In this document: positions 41,335 through 55,274 of the stretch, one piece after another | Layout of the letters: every line of letters begins with the position of its first letter | Numbering within the stretch: the first letter of the stretch is position 1 | Source: Octopus vulgaris | Taxonomy: Eukaryota | DNA length: 64,000 bases | Assembly (NCBI GenBank): GCA_951406725.2 | Contig: OX597815.1 | Span: 62,000,001 to 62,064,000, forward strand | Reading direction: 5' to 3' | The notes under the pieces: generated by a model | What the model was told of the DNA's origin: nothing | Database searches by the model: none | Seen by the model: the letters and a program-made list of their open reading frames with translations, nothing else | Position numbers and translations under genes: made by a program

Positions 41335-41552
41335 TATTGGTTTCATATTTTGGTTCAAGGCCAGCAAATTCGGGGGAATTGGTAAGTCTATTACATCGGG
41401 CCCAGGGGTACTTACTGGTACTTATTCTATCGACACTGAAAGGATGAAAGGCAAAGTCGACCTCGGTAGAATTTGAACTCGGTGCATTGAGACGAACGAA
41501 ATAACGCTAAGCGTTTTGCCTTGCTTGCAAACAATTCTGCCAGCTCGGCGCT
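41335..41552 (-). mobile_element. SINE family B
   Basis: Homology to family B. Confidence 0.8.
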
Positions 41553-41799
41553 TTAATGTCGAATATAACATTGAACACCAAATATCATACTGTCGATAAC
41601 AAATAAATTAATTAGTAATTATTTATTATATAACCTTTACTTATTTAAAACCCTGTGGTTAAATACTGTCAAAGCACTGTTCTAAACGGTGCAAAACCCA
41701 TATTTAAAACGAAAAATAGGTAGATTCAGAAAGGTAGAAAATTAAAATTTTCGAAAAGGAAAATCACACAAAAAAAGTTTATTTATAAATAATTTAACA

Positions 41800-42420
41800 T
41801 ATTAACTCAGATAAAATGGAATTCATAAGCTTAAGTCGAAACAGAACAATCAAAACAGTATCTGGCACACCTCTCAGCCGTGTAGAATAATTTTCTTATC
41901 TAGGTAGTAAAATCTCAAGGTGCAAAAGTACGCGACAAATTATCTTTAGTGTGGCAATGTGGACTTCTAGACAATATGAAAAGGACCATTCAAACAACTC
42001 TTAACTCTGTTCTATTGTATAGACCCTTACTTCAAGACTGGAAAGAAGACTGAATGGTGTCTACACTCGCATGCTAAGAGTGGCTTTTAATGTCACTAGG
42101 AGAGGTCTTCTAACCAATGAACAAGTGTATGAGAATCTTCGACCAGTATCAGACATCATCAAAGAGCGTAGAGTCAGATTCGCAGGGACAGCTACAGAGC
42201 GTGGGACGAAATTGTTCGTATAGTTTTTTTTTTTTTTTTTGTGGGAGCCTATGCAAGGAAGAGCAAGCAGACGATGACAAGCAAAGACGTACATAAAGCA
42301 GATGTATGACGATATAAAGTGCAATCCTTCTGACCTGCCGAATTTCATGACCCACAGAAGTGGATGACGACAAGGAGTCACAAGAAACCGTACAAGAAGT
42401 GCGACCGGGTGGATGATGAT
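41800..42420 (+). pseudogene. Decayed RTE-group LINE 3' region
   Basis: RLERRLNGVYTRMLRVAFNVT...TNEQVYENLRPVSDIIKERRVRFAG...LWEP; short (GAT)n-like tail. Confidence 0.75.
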
Positions 42421-44277
42421 AAATAATTTAATTTGGTTCTTCAGTTTAATTTTAATTTTAAACATGGTAGGAGAGGAAAATAATACTAAAACTTTAACTA
42501 ATCTCAATAGAGAAGGTAAAAATATTGTACTGATATTTTCAGTTTTGAATATTTGCCAAAACATTATTTGGTGCATTTTCTTTATTATATTTAATTGGCA
42601 ACATGTGATTCACATCTGAGTGGGAGAATTTATAAGAACGAAAACGCTGAGTCCAAAAGTACCGAGTAATTAATTGTGTCTGGATACACGATAGACATGT
42701 TACACAAACGATTTTCCTGCTGATCATCCGAGTTCAGTGATCCAATGGACCACATGAATGATAAAGACAAAAAGAGAAATCAGGAAATTTTCCAGAGAAG
42801 TAATTCCAAACAACAGGTACCATTCTTCATGATTTTATTGCAAAAATTCCTCCGAATATCGTACTTTACTTTCCCTCGGACATGGAAGAGAAATATTCAT
42901 TTGAAAAAAATCTCCATTTACCTGCTGGAAACAGCATTGTAAAATTGACTACTCAAAAATTAACTGTAGCAAGAACAAGTCAGTATTCACGACAGTGATT
43001 CCGTAGCGATTCCTCATGCTTTTAACCCGTCACCCTTTCAGTAATTTAAACAAAGTTCATACAAGTTTGTCGATTGAATCTTCAACAGCTGTCTTGGTTT
43101 GTTCTAACTGCTTCACAGTCGTGCCTCAGGTCTACTGTTATTGAGCGAACATATGGTCGAAAGTGCTCTAGCCGTGCGTGACTATTTCATCTTGTTTCAC
43201 ACATACTATCCCCGAGATTACATTCTGCTTTAAGATGGTAAGATTTTTTTAGGGTAATTCGGCATCTATTTTCAGCAGATCAAGCGACTATGTGGAGACT
43301 CTTCGTTTGCTGGTGTTTGATATTGGTAGCCAATAGTGGTTTCTGTTGTTGTTGTTATGTTATGGTGCTCATTGTGACAGTGATTAGTTTTATTATTGTT
43401 CTTGCAGCTCTTGTTCTTAGTAATGTTGTTGTTATTGCTGTTGTACTGATGATGGTTGTTGTTGTTGATATTTGTTTGTTTGACTTGTCATGCTTCTACT
43501 TAACAGTTGATATAATCTTCTTAGAGAGATTTAAGAGTTTTCTAAGATCGCTAAATCTCCACACGCACCAGCCGCCATTTTATGTGAGTCATTGGCCTTT
43601 ATCTTTTTCTCTTTTAAATCTTTTTAATTCTCTTTCTCTCCCCTGCCTCTCTCTCTCTCTCTCTCTCTCCACTGTCTCTCTGTCTGTCTGTATGTCTGTC
43701 TGTCTCTGTCTGTCTATCTGTCTGTCTGTTTCTCTCTCTCTCTCTCTCTCTCATACTCAAGTAATTAATTCCAAGATCAAACTGGCCAGAGTTCGTGATT
43801 TTTCCGTTGTTAGATCCGTGTGTTCTCTCAAGGGTTATAACCCTCAAATTTTTGCGCACGCACGCACACACACATACACACACACACACACTCACACACA
43901 CACACACACTCACACACACACAAAGTTGATTAAGTTCTTTACCTCGTGACATGTTGCATAACTTTCTCCAAAAACGAATTCACCAATTCTAAACTAGCAT
44001 AAGGATATTTTCTAAATATTGGCTGATGTGATAGCAATGTGAACAAGGACCCAGAGTATTTTAAACAATTTTGCTGATATCTCCATTCTTTGTTGTTGTT
44101 AAGCCGTTATGCTGTTTGGAGAAGTTATGACTCGAACAATTGTTTTAGAGCAGGTTTATACTTACATATTCCTGGCAAAAAATGCCCATCCGTAGGCTTC
44201 GTCTGCTTGAAACAAAAACGAGCTACAAAAAATAACTCAGAGGGATGTGTGGCATGTACTTGAACAACAAACAAATT

Positions 44278-44485
44278 TTAAATTTTGGCACAAGGCCAGC
44301 AAATTCGGGGGCGGGGGATAAGTCTCCTACATTGACCCCAGTGCGTAACTGGTACTTAATTACTCGAACTGAAACAACGAAAGGCAAATTTAACCTCGGC
44401 GGAATTCGAATTCAGAACATAAGGACAGACGCAATGCCGCTAAGCAATTTGCCCGACACGCTAACATTTCTGTCAGCTCGCCGCG
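44278..44485 (-). mobile_element. SINE family B
   Basis: Homology to family B. Confidence 0.75.
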
Positions 44486-45237
44486 TTGACAAATAATGGC
44501 ATATCAAATACCATACAACATAAATTCGTAATTTATTAAAATCATCTCCACCTCTAAAGGATGTTCTCAAATTGTAATTAAGACCAGTTCCACCTGAAAT
44601 GGGGAGATAATCCCATGAATCAAGCACTCTCTAAAATCGACATGTCATTAAGGAAGCGGGTATGCTTATTGTCTGAAGATAAGAGGACAATCCCGGAGAC
44701 ATGTTTCTGGCCCTACAACCATCGTTAATGCGACAGTTGTGCTTATTTCCTGTAGCCAAATGACTTAAACTTTTATGAATCAGTGTAGAAAACATTTATG
44801 ATTTGGGTAACCTAAACAAAAATTGGCTTAAGAGGAATAACTTGGAGTGGTAACCGCAGCGCGCTGATGGAGTATTCACAACCTTCATACTGTCCTTCCC
44901 TTCCACACTCTACCGTTGTTCGGCCAATTCATCAGTGGTACTGTGGATAGGGACTTACACAAATGTGTTCTACTCCAGGAACAGAATGAAATGCTGACAG
45001 CAAATTTGAACTTGTAGATCTACGAGCAGCGGTTGATCCAATGTCTTATTCAGTCAGCCATCCAGCCTCCTTTTGTCCTGCTGTGTTCAAATAACATTAG
45101 TGTGCTAGTTTATAACCTGTGTATAGTTTAGCCTTCAGGATTTCTAATATCTAGAAGGTTCTGTCTACAGTTACTAACATTTGAGTGTCCTCTCAACACT
45201 TAAGGAGAGGCGTGTTATTTGATATACATACATACTT

Positions 45238-45281
<44 letters not shown>

Positions 45282-45297
45282 GTATATACATATATAA

Positions 45298-45339
<42 letters not shown>

Positions 45340-46477
45340 GTATATTCATACAGACATGCAAGCATACATACATACATATATGCGTATGTATATATGTCTG
45401 TCTGTCTGTCTGTCTATCTGTCTGTATGTATGTATTTATGTATGTACTCCTGAAATTACTGCCCAACCCAAACCGAAGAATTCACAGACACGTTCATTTC
45501 GGTGTCACTCAACGTTGCTCCATTGCTCCTACACATTTCTGCTTACAGATTCAACAAGTTTTCCACTGAGGTGGTGGTGGTGGTGGGAATGTGTTCACGG
45601 AATTCACGAGAGGATATAAAGATGTAAGTTGTTCCAGTAATTTCAGCAAATAGAGGCATTAGTTTTTTTTTTTATTATTTTGTCTTTTACTTTTGCAGCG
45701 TGAACAACGGGCGTCCCGTGTGGGCCATTATCACCTTGCATTGACAAATCATAGCAGCCTTTGTAACAAAAGTAATCAATATATTTTCTCTTTATGTGTG
45801 GATTAAAGTCTTTATGTGTGCTAGAGGTTTCATGTTATTTTATGATTTGTGTAAAGTGGAAGAGCAAGGCGAGAACGTTTGAGATGATGGTTCTGTGGTT
45901 GATCATTGAAATTAACCGTTGCCACCCCAAAACACAAAAACAACCACAACAGCAACAACAACAACAAAAACGACTAAATAGGGTGCAGGGGTACATTACA
46001 AAAGCCTTTAAGGGGTACTATACCACCTGCCAGATGAATAACATTTAAGATTCCGGCAACAATATCACTAATATGTTTATTTTTCGACGATTATGTTCGT
46101 TAAGCTTTTATTGGTTTCTACACATTGGAAGAGTCCATTGGGCTCTTATCAGGTACCACAAGTTGGTAAAGTTCATTGAGTTCTTATCAGGTTGGTCGAG
46201 TTCACTGAGCGCTTCTTAGGTACCACACGTTGGTAGAGTGTAGTGATTCCCAGCTTCTGAGCCATTTAATAAGACGACCAACGAATTACTCCCTTAGGAT
46301 AACAGCCTATTCTTCAACGGAGATAGATTTCTCCGTGGACAGAATTGAATATAGTACAACAGCTTAATTAAATAAGGGGCAACATGCTACAATAATAGGC
46401 AACACCAAAATTACACCCAAAAACAGCACCATTAAGTATAGCAACACTAACAGCTAGAAATAGCCGTCAAATTCGCT

Positions 46478-46950
46478 CTTCGGCAGCTTCACCAAAAGAC
46501 CCTTCTTCCAGTCGGTTGGGATTCCTCCTGTCGTCCATATCAAGTTCAGCACATGGTGCATGTAATCGATCATCTCTTCTCCTTCTGCCTTCAATGCCTC
46601 TGCTGGTATGCTGTCCACTCCTGCCGCCTTTCCGTTCTTTAAGCTTTTCACGGCTTTGCGGATTTCTGGTTTGGTGATTTCTCTAATGTGGATATTGAGC
46701 GGGATCCCTGGCCCCAATTTTGACGGCTCTTGAAGTGGAGGGCGGTTAAGTGTTTCTTGGAAATGTTCCTTCCATCTTGCCAGTTGGTCCTCAATGGAAG
46801 TTAGCAACCGTCCGGCCTTGTCCTTTACTGGTCTGATGGGGTTGCCTCTCCTTCTACTCAGCAACCTTATTGTTGCATATAGTGCCTTCAAGTCTCCTTT
46901 CCTCGCTTCTGTTTCCGCTTCATCGGCCACTTCATTGAAGTATGTTCTTC
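46478..46950 (-). pseudogene. Inverted 5' segment of an RTE LINE ORF
   Basis: ORF 46454-46930: RWKEHFQETLN...LKNGKAAGVDSIPAE...IPTDWKKGLLVKLPK. Confidence 0.9.
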
Positions 46951-48138
46951 ATTGACAAGCAACTCAGAGATGAGCAGGGAGGTTTCAGAAAGGAGAGACC
47001 ATGTACGAACCAGATCGCGACGCTCAGAGTCATCGTGGAGCAGACAATGGAATTGCAAACGTCACTCTATGTGTGCTTCGTCGACTTTGAAAAAGCATTT
47101 GACAGTGTAGACAGGCGGACAATCTGGGACATCTTACGACACCAGAGAAGATCGTGGGCATTATTCGATTACTCTACGATGAATTTCTTGCCAGACCATC
47201 CATACTGGGAGATTGTCGGAGGAATTCAGGGTCAGCCCAGGAGTCAGACAGGGCTGTTTGTTGTCACCACTCCTGGACGGCTTACGCTACCTCTGGGAAA
47301 ATTATTCAATGGACAGTGATGAAGAAGCTGGAGGATGTGGACTACGCAGATGATCTCGCGCTACTGCCACCTCGCCTGCAAGACATGCAAGATAACGTAG
47401 ATCACCTGACAGAAACTTCAAGGCGAGTGGGCTTGAGGATTAGCTGGGAAAAGACAAAAGTGCTGCGTATCAACAACAGGCAGGAAGAGCCAATCACAAT
47501 CGAGGGGGCACCTGTGAAGAACGTTAGTGAGTTTGTCTATCTTGGTAGCAAGATCAGCAAATCAGGTGGATCAGACGAGGACATCACGGCAAAAAGCAAG
47601 AAGGCTTGGTAAGCCTTCGCTATTCTTCGGCCAGTATGGAACTCCACTGCAATCTCAACTCGAACTAAACTCCGCTTATTTAGTTCAAACGTAAAATCTG
47701 TGCTTTTGTATGGCTCTGAAACATGGAGAACCACCTGCAGCAACTACTACAAGAAGATCCAGACCTTCATCAACAAATGTCTCCGGCAGATCCTCCATCT
47801 GAAGTGGTTCGACAGAGTGCCAAACACCGACCTGTGGGAAAGAACCAACCAGGAGCCCATACATGTTCATATTAGATGAAGGAAATACAGATGGATCGGA
47901 CACACAGTGCGGAAAGAATCCTCAAATGTGACACGACAAGCACTTGACTGGAACCTGCAGGTGAAAAGGAAGCGTGGATGCCCGAAGCAGACATGAAAGT
48001 GGAACATTTTGGACAAGCTCAGGACCACTGGCCTGACATAGGAAGCAGCCAAGAAACACGCCAATGACCGCAAAATGTGGAAAACAGCTGTTGAGGGCCT
48101 ATGCTCCACAAAGAGCAAAAAAGGATTAAGAAGAAGAA
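46951..48138 (+). pseudogene. RTE LINE reverse transcriptase and 3' end, with frameshifts and stops
   Basis: LRDEQGGFRKERPC..QIATLR, FVDFEKAFDSVDR, DYADDLALL, FVYLGS, SVLLYGSETW, RWIGHT; (AAG)n tail. Confidence 0.92.
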
Positions 48139-48713
48139 ATCAAGTAATGTCTAGATCCAACACTTCGCTCATTAAGGGAATAAACAAAGTACTTATTATT
48201 ATTAAATTCAATAGTGCATAACCAAATAAAAAAAAATTACTACCCATTCGATGAGACTACGTTACAAACTACTTCCCAATGCAATTATAGTCAATACTTT
48301 TAGATTTTAGCACACAATATAATAACTATAATAATAAGAATAATTAAATAAATGTACGCATCTTAAATTATAATTAACAAATAAAAAATTTAAAATCCAT
48401 ATTTTTTCAATCAATAATCAAATAAATTTCACCATTATTTCTTAAATGAAATCTTTAGTTATCTTTTCGAAGAAACAGTTAGGTTTTTCATGAGATGAAT
48501 TTATTATAAACGCTTGGTCTTACGTTTTAAGTTTGAAATTTAGTTGACGAAATTTCTTCTATAAGATGAGTCATGTTTTTATTTCATTTTATTTTAAGAA
48601 ATATTGTTGAATTCTGTTCTTTTGTTTATTGAGAAAATATGTATTTCTATAATTTTATTTATTTATTCTTATCTGTTAAGATACGTACATTTATTTGACT
48701 ATTGTTATTGTCG

Positions 48714-48818
48714 TGGACCTGATGAGTGACTATATTTTTAAATTGACTTGATTTTGAATCGATTCAATTTTAATTTTGATTCGAATTGAAGATATAGCCA
48801 CGAAACGCACGTGGTCTA
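48714..48818 (+). ncRNA. Hammerhead ribozyme-like motif with long stem II (cleavage triplet non-canonical)
   Basis: tggac-CTGATGA-gtgactatat...atatagccac-GAAA-cgcacg-TG-gtcta. Confidence 0.65.
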
Positions 48819-49047
48819 TTTACTAATCATATACTATTTATTTATTATTATGTACTTTATTGAGATTTAGGTAATTGTTTTATCGTATCTTTTGTTTTTT
48901 CTATATAATGTGATTTACGTCTATCATTGTTTGACTTGCTTAATAGTGATTTTTCTCTAATTTACATAAATATATATTTTATATTGTGAAATTTGATTTA
49001 GTACTACTAAATTGAATTTTTCCCTGTAAGTTTGGAATTATATTACC

Positions 49048-49247
<200 letters not shown>

Positions 49248-49807
49248 CATGCATACACAAAATGGGACAAGAATGCAAAACATCCAGACAGACGATACAA
49301 AGAAAACAAGGACGGGTCATTCGGAGTTTACTTTCCTCTGTCGAGTTCCACATTATCTTTGCAACTTCGGTTGATTATACTCGAGATTGCTCCAATCTGG
49401 CCAGCCCCAAGGAAAAACTAGGCTAAGAGCATTAGATTCCTTGGAAGAAAGCAGCGAATGTACACGAAAACAAGGACGGAAAAAACGGAGAAAGTTACCC
49501 AAATACAAATAACAGGACATAACAACAGGTGTCTTTCGACTAAGGACGAATTAAATTAAACTGGCGTGTGTGGAAGTAAAGCCTTACGACAGAGAAACAA
49601 GATTTCACAGGCACAGGAAAGAATATAGATGTTGCACGGACAAAAGCATTGTTTATTCCCTCTCACTTTATTTTCTCGTATTCCTTTCTGTTGAAGAGCG
49701 TAGGCTCGAAACGTAAAGGACTTTTTCGCCTTCCCGAGCGTTAAACTAATACACCTGTTTGTTGTTTATACACCTGTCTTCGTCCTTTGTTTTTTGTTGT
49801 AAATTCC

Positions 49808-49847
<40 letters not shown>

Positions 49848-49925
49848 TTTGTCATAAGGTAATGCTTTCCTTTATATATGCTTAAACGTATTTGTGTTCC
49901 CAAATAAATTGCATTTCATGTTTCA

Positions 49926-50006
49926 AGCTCTGATAAAGCTGTAAGGTTTTACTCGAACACTGACCTATGAGTCAACCGCATCCCATAGCGGAAACAGTTG
50001 TAAGCT
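49926..50006 (+). ncRNA. Degenerate hammerhead motif
   Basis: agct-CTGATAA-agctgt...atagcg-GAAA-cagttg-TA-agct. Confidence 0.6.
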
Positions 50007-50243
50007 AATGAAATCATTTTTTCTTTATGCACACCACACATACACGCGCGCACACACACATACAGACAACACGCACACAGACACATATATACCTATATAC
50101 TTATATACTGGCATATAAGTAAAGAAGGGTGTGTGTGTAATCAAATGAAACATTTTAGAAAAGTAAATAAAGGCTTAATCAGTCTCAGTTTCTCCCACAC
50201 TTCAAAAATCACCAGCTACAAGGGAATTAAATAAATGTGTGTG

Positions 50244-50300
<57 letters not shown>

Positions 50301-51177
50301 GTGCGTGTGTATTATCTCCATCTGTCTCTGTCTGTCTCTGTCTGTCTCTGTCTCTCTCTCTTTATATATATATATACATAAGCATATACATTTACATACA
50401 TGTGTGTGTGCGCGTGTAGATATATATATATACGTGTGTGTGTATGTTTCTGTCTCTCTCTGTCTCTGTCTCTGCCTCTCTCGCTATATATATAAGCATA
50501 TTCATATACATACATATACATTTATATGTGTGTGTGTGTGTGTGTAGATATAAACGTACCAAAAAGCAAAGATAAAATAACGTTAAAAATCTCAAGCACA
50601 CACAATGTAAAACACCCATCACGTACACACATATAGAAACATACACCCACGTGAAATAGAGCAAACATGATCACCAGCATAACAAAAGCAGCAGCAACAA
50701 CGACAACAACAACAACAAGGTCTCTGTCAACAGTAACAACGATAGCAACAACAACAACAGCAATAATAATATTAAACACCGCCACAACAAACAGAATAAA
50801 CAAATATGACGACAATGGCAAATAACAAACAATGACAATACATAAAAAAGAAAAACAATGAAAAAAAGATGGCGTCGACAAAGACGACCACAAACACTTA
50901 TACACACATATACAGATACACAAGTACGCACACACACACGCGTATATGCATACATACACACACATATATATAAATAGACACGGACTCACTCATGTGTATG
51001 TGTACATACATACATACATACATATATATATATTTATATATATATTTATATATTTATATATTTATATATTTATATATTATATATATATATATACACACAC
51101 ACATAAAAACGTGCAGGTACATATACATACACGTACATACACAATAACATTCATATATGGGATATCTCAAAAGCACG

Positions 51178-51290
<113 letters not shown>

Positions 51291-52425
51291 GGACATCTCT
51301 GCAAACTTTGGCATGCACACATTTCCCACATACATACACACATCAATGCACAAACCTAAATATACACACAAAGGGGGAAAAATTTACAATATTCATAAAA
51401 AAAACCCCACAAAAACCCTAACGATAAGTGAAAATATAAAAAACAATGTCAACAACTGCAGCAACAAAAACAAAATTTGGATAAAAACAACGACATTTAC
51501 ATTATAAAAAAAGGAGAATAATTACGAAAAACGAACAGACACACACAAAAAAAAACTAGCTTCGACATCACCAACCGTGATTGGTTGGTCTATTGTTTTT
51601 AATGTGTCTTTTCCTTTTATTCTTTTTTCTTTTTTTTTATTTAATGCTGTGTAACGAAAGCGGGGGTCAAAGGGCAAACTTGACAGAAGTTTGTAAACCG
51701 TTGACGTTGAGTTCTGGAAAAAAGTCATGTCATTAGAAATGATGTGGCGTGGTTGGACCTTCTGAAGGTGGTGTGTGTGAGAGAGAGAGAGAAAGAGGGA
51801 GAGAAAGAGTGAGAAAGTGAAAAGGAGAGAGGGAGGGAGGGAGAGACAGAGTGTGTGTATGTGCTGTTTGTGTGGTGTATGTGTGTGTGCGCGCGTGTGC
51901 ATTTGATGTGTACGTGTATGTTTGATATGCGTGTGCGTGTGAGAGAAAGAGGGAGAGAGAGAGTATGTGTGTTTAAATATACATAGAAATACATATATAC
52001 ACACGAAGCAACCGAGGGAGAGAGAGAGAGACGCACAAAGATGTGTATGTCTACGTTTATTTATGTACATATATACGCACATAAGGATGTGTGTGTATAC
52101 GTATGTGTGTACGTGTTTATACATACACATGCACACACACGCCCATATGCAGATATACACATGCATACATAAATATGTATGTGTATGTGTGTGTGTATAT
52201 ATATATAATTAAAGTTTAGATTTGAAATTTAAAATTTAGAATCTAAACTGTATTTTGGGTATGTTCCAAGTAGTGTGTCGGCAGAACAAGTTCACCTCTA
52301 ATTGTTGCCTGGCGTCATTCACAGTAAATGCACATTCGTCGCTGGATGTCCGTTAGGAATTCCTTGGTGCATGTTGGGTATAGTAGAAATATTTGATATG
52401 GAAAATAGAGTATATTGGAAACTTC

Positions 52426-52545
52426 TTCAAGTTACGTAAATGACATTTCTTTCATAGGCTTAGCTAGAGCATGCATTTAAGATGCGATTACTACCAACAA
52501 TATCTAGCTAAGCCTATGAGCAAAATGTTATTTATGTAACTTGAA
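52426..52545. repeat. Hairpin with about 42-bp arms
   Basis: ttcaagttacgtaaatgacattt...tcataggcttagctaga / tctagctaagcctatga...aaatgttatttatgtaacttgaa. Confidence 0.85.
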
Positions 52546-52553
52546 ACCATGTA

Positions 52554-52655
52554 TTGTCACCTGAAGGGGCACTGCAGGATGCATGGCAATACATTATACT
52601 GTTACCCACCCACAAGGGAGCGGTGCAGAATGAGCCGAAACGATCGTTGTGATAA
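52554..52655 (+). ncRNA. Hammerhead-like motif with expanded stem II
   Basis: ttgtcac-CTGAAGG-ggc...gcc-GAAA-cgatcg-TT-gtgataa, immediately followed by aataaa. Confidence 0.65.
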
Positions 52656-52697
52656 ATAAAGTTTCCGGTATACTCTATATTCCGTATCGATTATTTC

Positions 52698-52784
<87 letters not shown>

Positions 52785-52785
52785 C

Positions 52786-52816
<31 letters not shown>

Positions 52817-52822
52817 CACATA

Positions 52823-52864
<42 letters not shown>

Positions 52865-52865
<1 letters not shown>

Positions 52866-53858
52866 TAAGGTATGTAGAAAAATACAACATGGACAAGAAC
52901 GTATAACTCTTAGAAGACGACACAATAAACACGGACAGGACATTCGAAACCTCAGTCTTCAGTCAAGAACCGGATCATCGTAGTAATTTCGGCTGATTAA
53001 TCTTGAGATTACTAGATCACGGCCAGCCCTCCAAGAAAACCAAGAACGAGCATTAGAAAAACTAAGCTGGAAGCGTAGATTTCCTGAAGAAGGATCGATG
53101 CATACGAACACCAGGACAGCAAAAGGGACAGATATAAAAAAACAAAAAACAATAATGGAATACAGAAACATGAAATACAGAAGCATTAACGGTGAAAACA
53201 ACAGTGTCTTACGACTGATAACAAGCAAACAAATTTTTTCTCTGGCGCAATGGAAAAAGCCTTTATAGTGGCGGACGAAAACAGCGATGTTAACACGGCG
53301 AGGGTCAGAAGCTGAAAGGCAGATTTCGGCCAACAGTCACGTGACAGAGAAGAGGGAAAAGAAAAGAAAGAGAAGCAAAGGAAGAGAGAGAGAGAGGAGA
53401 GAGAGAGAGGAGAGAGAGAGAGGAGGGACAAACGCAACAAAGAGAGAGAAGAGAGAGAAAGAAGGAATCAGAGAGGAGAAGGGATGGGTGTCGAAGAATG
53501 ACCTGTGAGTGCAGAGCGAGACAAAGAAATAGGAGGGTAGTGGAAGACTAGACCAAAGAATCAGAGGAAAGAGAAGAGAAAAAGAGGATGAGTAGAGAGA
53601 AAAGAGAGAGAGGGGGACAGATCAAGTAAAAATGAGAGAGAGAGAGAGACAAACAGAGAGTCGTACCAATTATTAAGAATATGTGCTCACATAAATGTTA
53701 AGGGGGGTACGGGGCGCCTGGAATATATGTTAAGGTATGTAGAAAAATACAACATGGACAAGAACGTATAACTCTTAGAAGACGACACAATAAACACGGA
53801 CAGGACATTCGAAACCCTCAGTCTTCAGTCAAGAACCGGATCATCGTAGTAATTTCGG

Positions 53859-53860
<2 letters not shown>
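52865..53860 (-). mobile_element. Non-coding partial-tandem element with about 130-bp terminal direct repeat (pseudo-LTR-like, putative Penelope derivative; strand inferred)
   Basis: ttaaggtatgtagaaaaatac...gtagtaatttcggct at 52866-52994 recurs at 53730-53860; both ends abut (TA)n. Confidence 0.7.
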
Positions 53861-53915
<55 letters not shown>

Positions 53916-53916
53916 C

Positions 53917-53947
<31 letters not shown>

Positions 53948-54276
53948 CGTGTATGTATGTTTCTATGCATGCTGGAAGAACGAATGCTGAAGCCAAGTAT
54001 ACAATGAGTACCAAAGAAAGAGAGGGAGATGCAAGAAGACATTGTGCGTTGCCTTCAAAATAGATCTGAAGCAGCTCAGTATCACCTGGGAATTTGCCTG
54101 CGACTAAAATGGGTCAAAACTGGGATTACTGGAGACGTCTTGCCGCCTAATGTACAAGCCAACTGTACTCGAGGAACTAAGACTAAGACTTGTGTGTGAA
54201 ATTGAATAGACGGAAACTGAATGAAAGTCCCAGTTATTCAAAAAACAGCCTTATTGATCGAACGACTGAATCACCG

Positions 54277-54329
54277 ACCAACCAGCCAACCAGCCAACCA
54301 GCCAACCAACCAACCAACCAGCCAGCCAA

Positions 54330-54360
<31 letters not shown>

Positions 54361-54473
54361 ACCAACCAACCAACCAACCAACCAACCAACCAACCAACCA
54401 ACCAACCAACCAACCAACCAACCAACCAACCAACCAACCAACCAACCAACCAACCAACCAGCCAACCAACCAA
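54277..54473. repeat. (CCAA/CCAG)n microsatellite
   Basis: Directly visible. Confidence 0.95.
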
Positions 54474-54799
54474 CTTATTGCCCTACCTTTATATCAGGTA
54501 TTACTGTATAGAGCTATAACTTTATTAGAGATATGCAGAGGTGCGTGGGTTAATGGTTAAGGTGCTACTCTCATGATCGTAAGATTGTGGTTTCGATTCC
54601 TGGACCAGACGATCAACTGTGTTTTTGAGTTAAGTTCTTCATTTCATGTTGCTCTATTTCACGTTGCTAGTAAGAATGGTTAATCCGGCTTCCCGTCTAC
54701 TGGTAGAATATATACGCCATTGTATCCGCGAAACCGAACTTGTGAGCTTATGGCTCGGAAAGAACCTTTGGTTCTGTTATTCTAATCTTTGATATATAT

Positions 54800-55140
54800 A
54801 TTCTTTTACTTGTCTCATTTGACTGCGGCCATGCTGAAGCACCACCTTCAAGAGTTTTAGTCGAACAAATCATCCCTGGATTTATTGTTTTTGAGCCTAA
54901 TGCTTATTGTAGCAGTTACTTTTGCTGAGCCACTAAGTTACGGGGACGTAAACGCACCAACACCCGTTGTCAAGCGGTGATGGGGTGTCAAACACGGACA
55001 CAATGATACACACACGCATACACACATACGACAGGTTTCTTCCAGTTTCTCTCTACTAAATCCACTCACAAGGCCCGAGGCTATAGTAGAAGACATTTAG
55101 CCAAGGTGTCACGAAGTGGGATTGAAACCTTTACCACACA
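54800..55140 (-). mobile_element. SINE family A, diverged
   Basis: Homology to family A. Confidence 0.75.
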
Positions 55141-55193
55141 ATCACTATATATGTATGTATGCGTGTATGTCTGCATGTATGTATACACCCCCA

Positions 55194-55274
<81 letters not shown>

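Noticed and set aside
53541-53552. tggaagactag, matching the 5' part of miR-7
   Set aside because: The match stops after 11 nt, there is no precursor hairpin, and it lies inside a repeat element.
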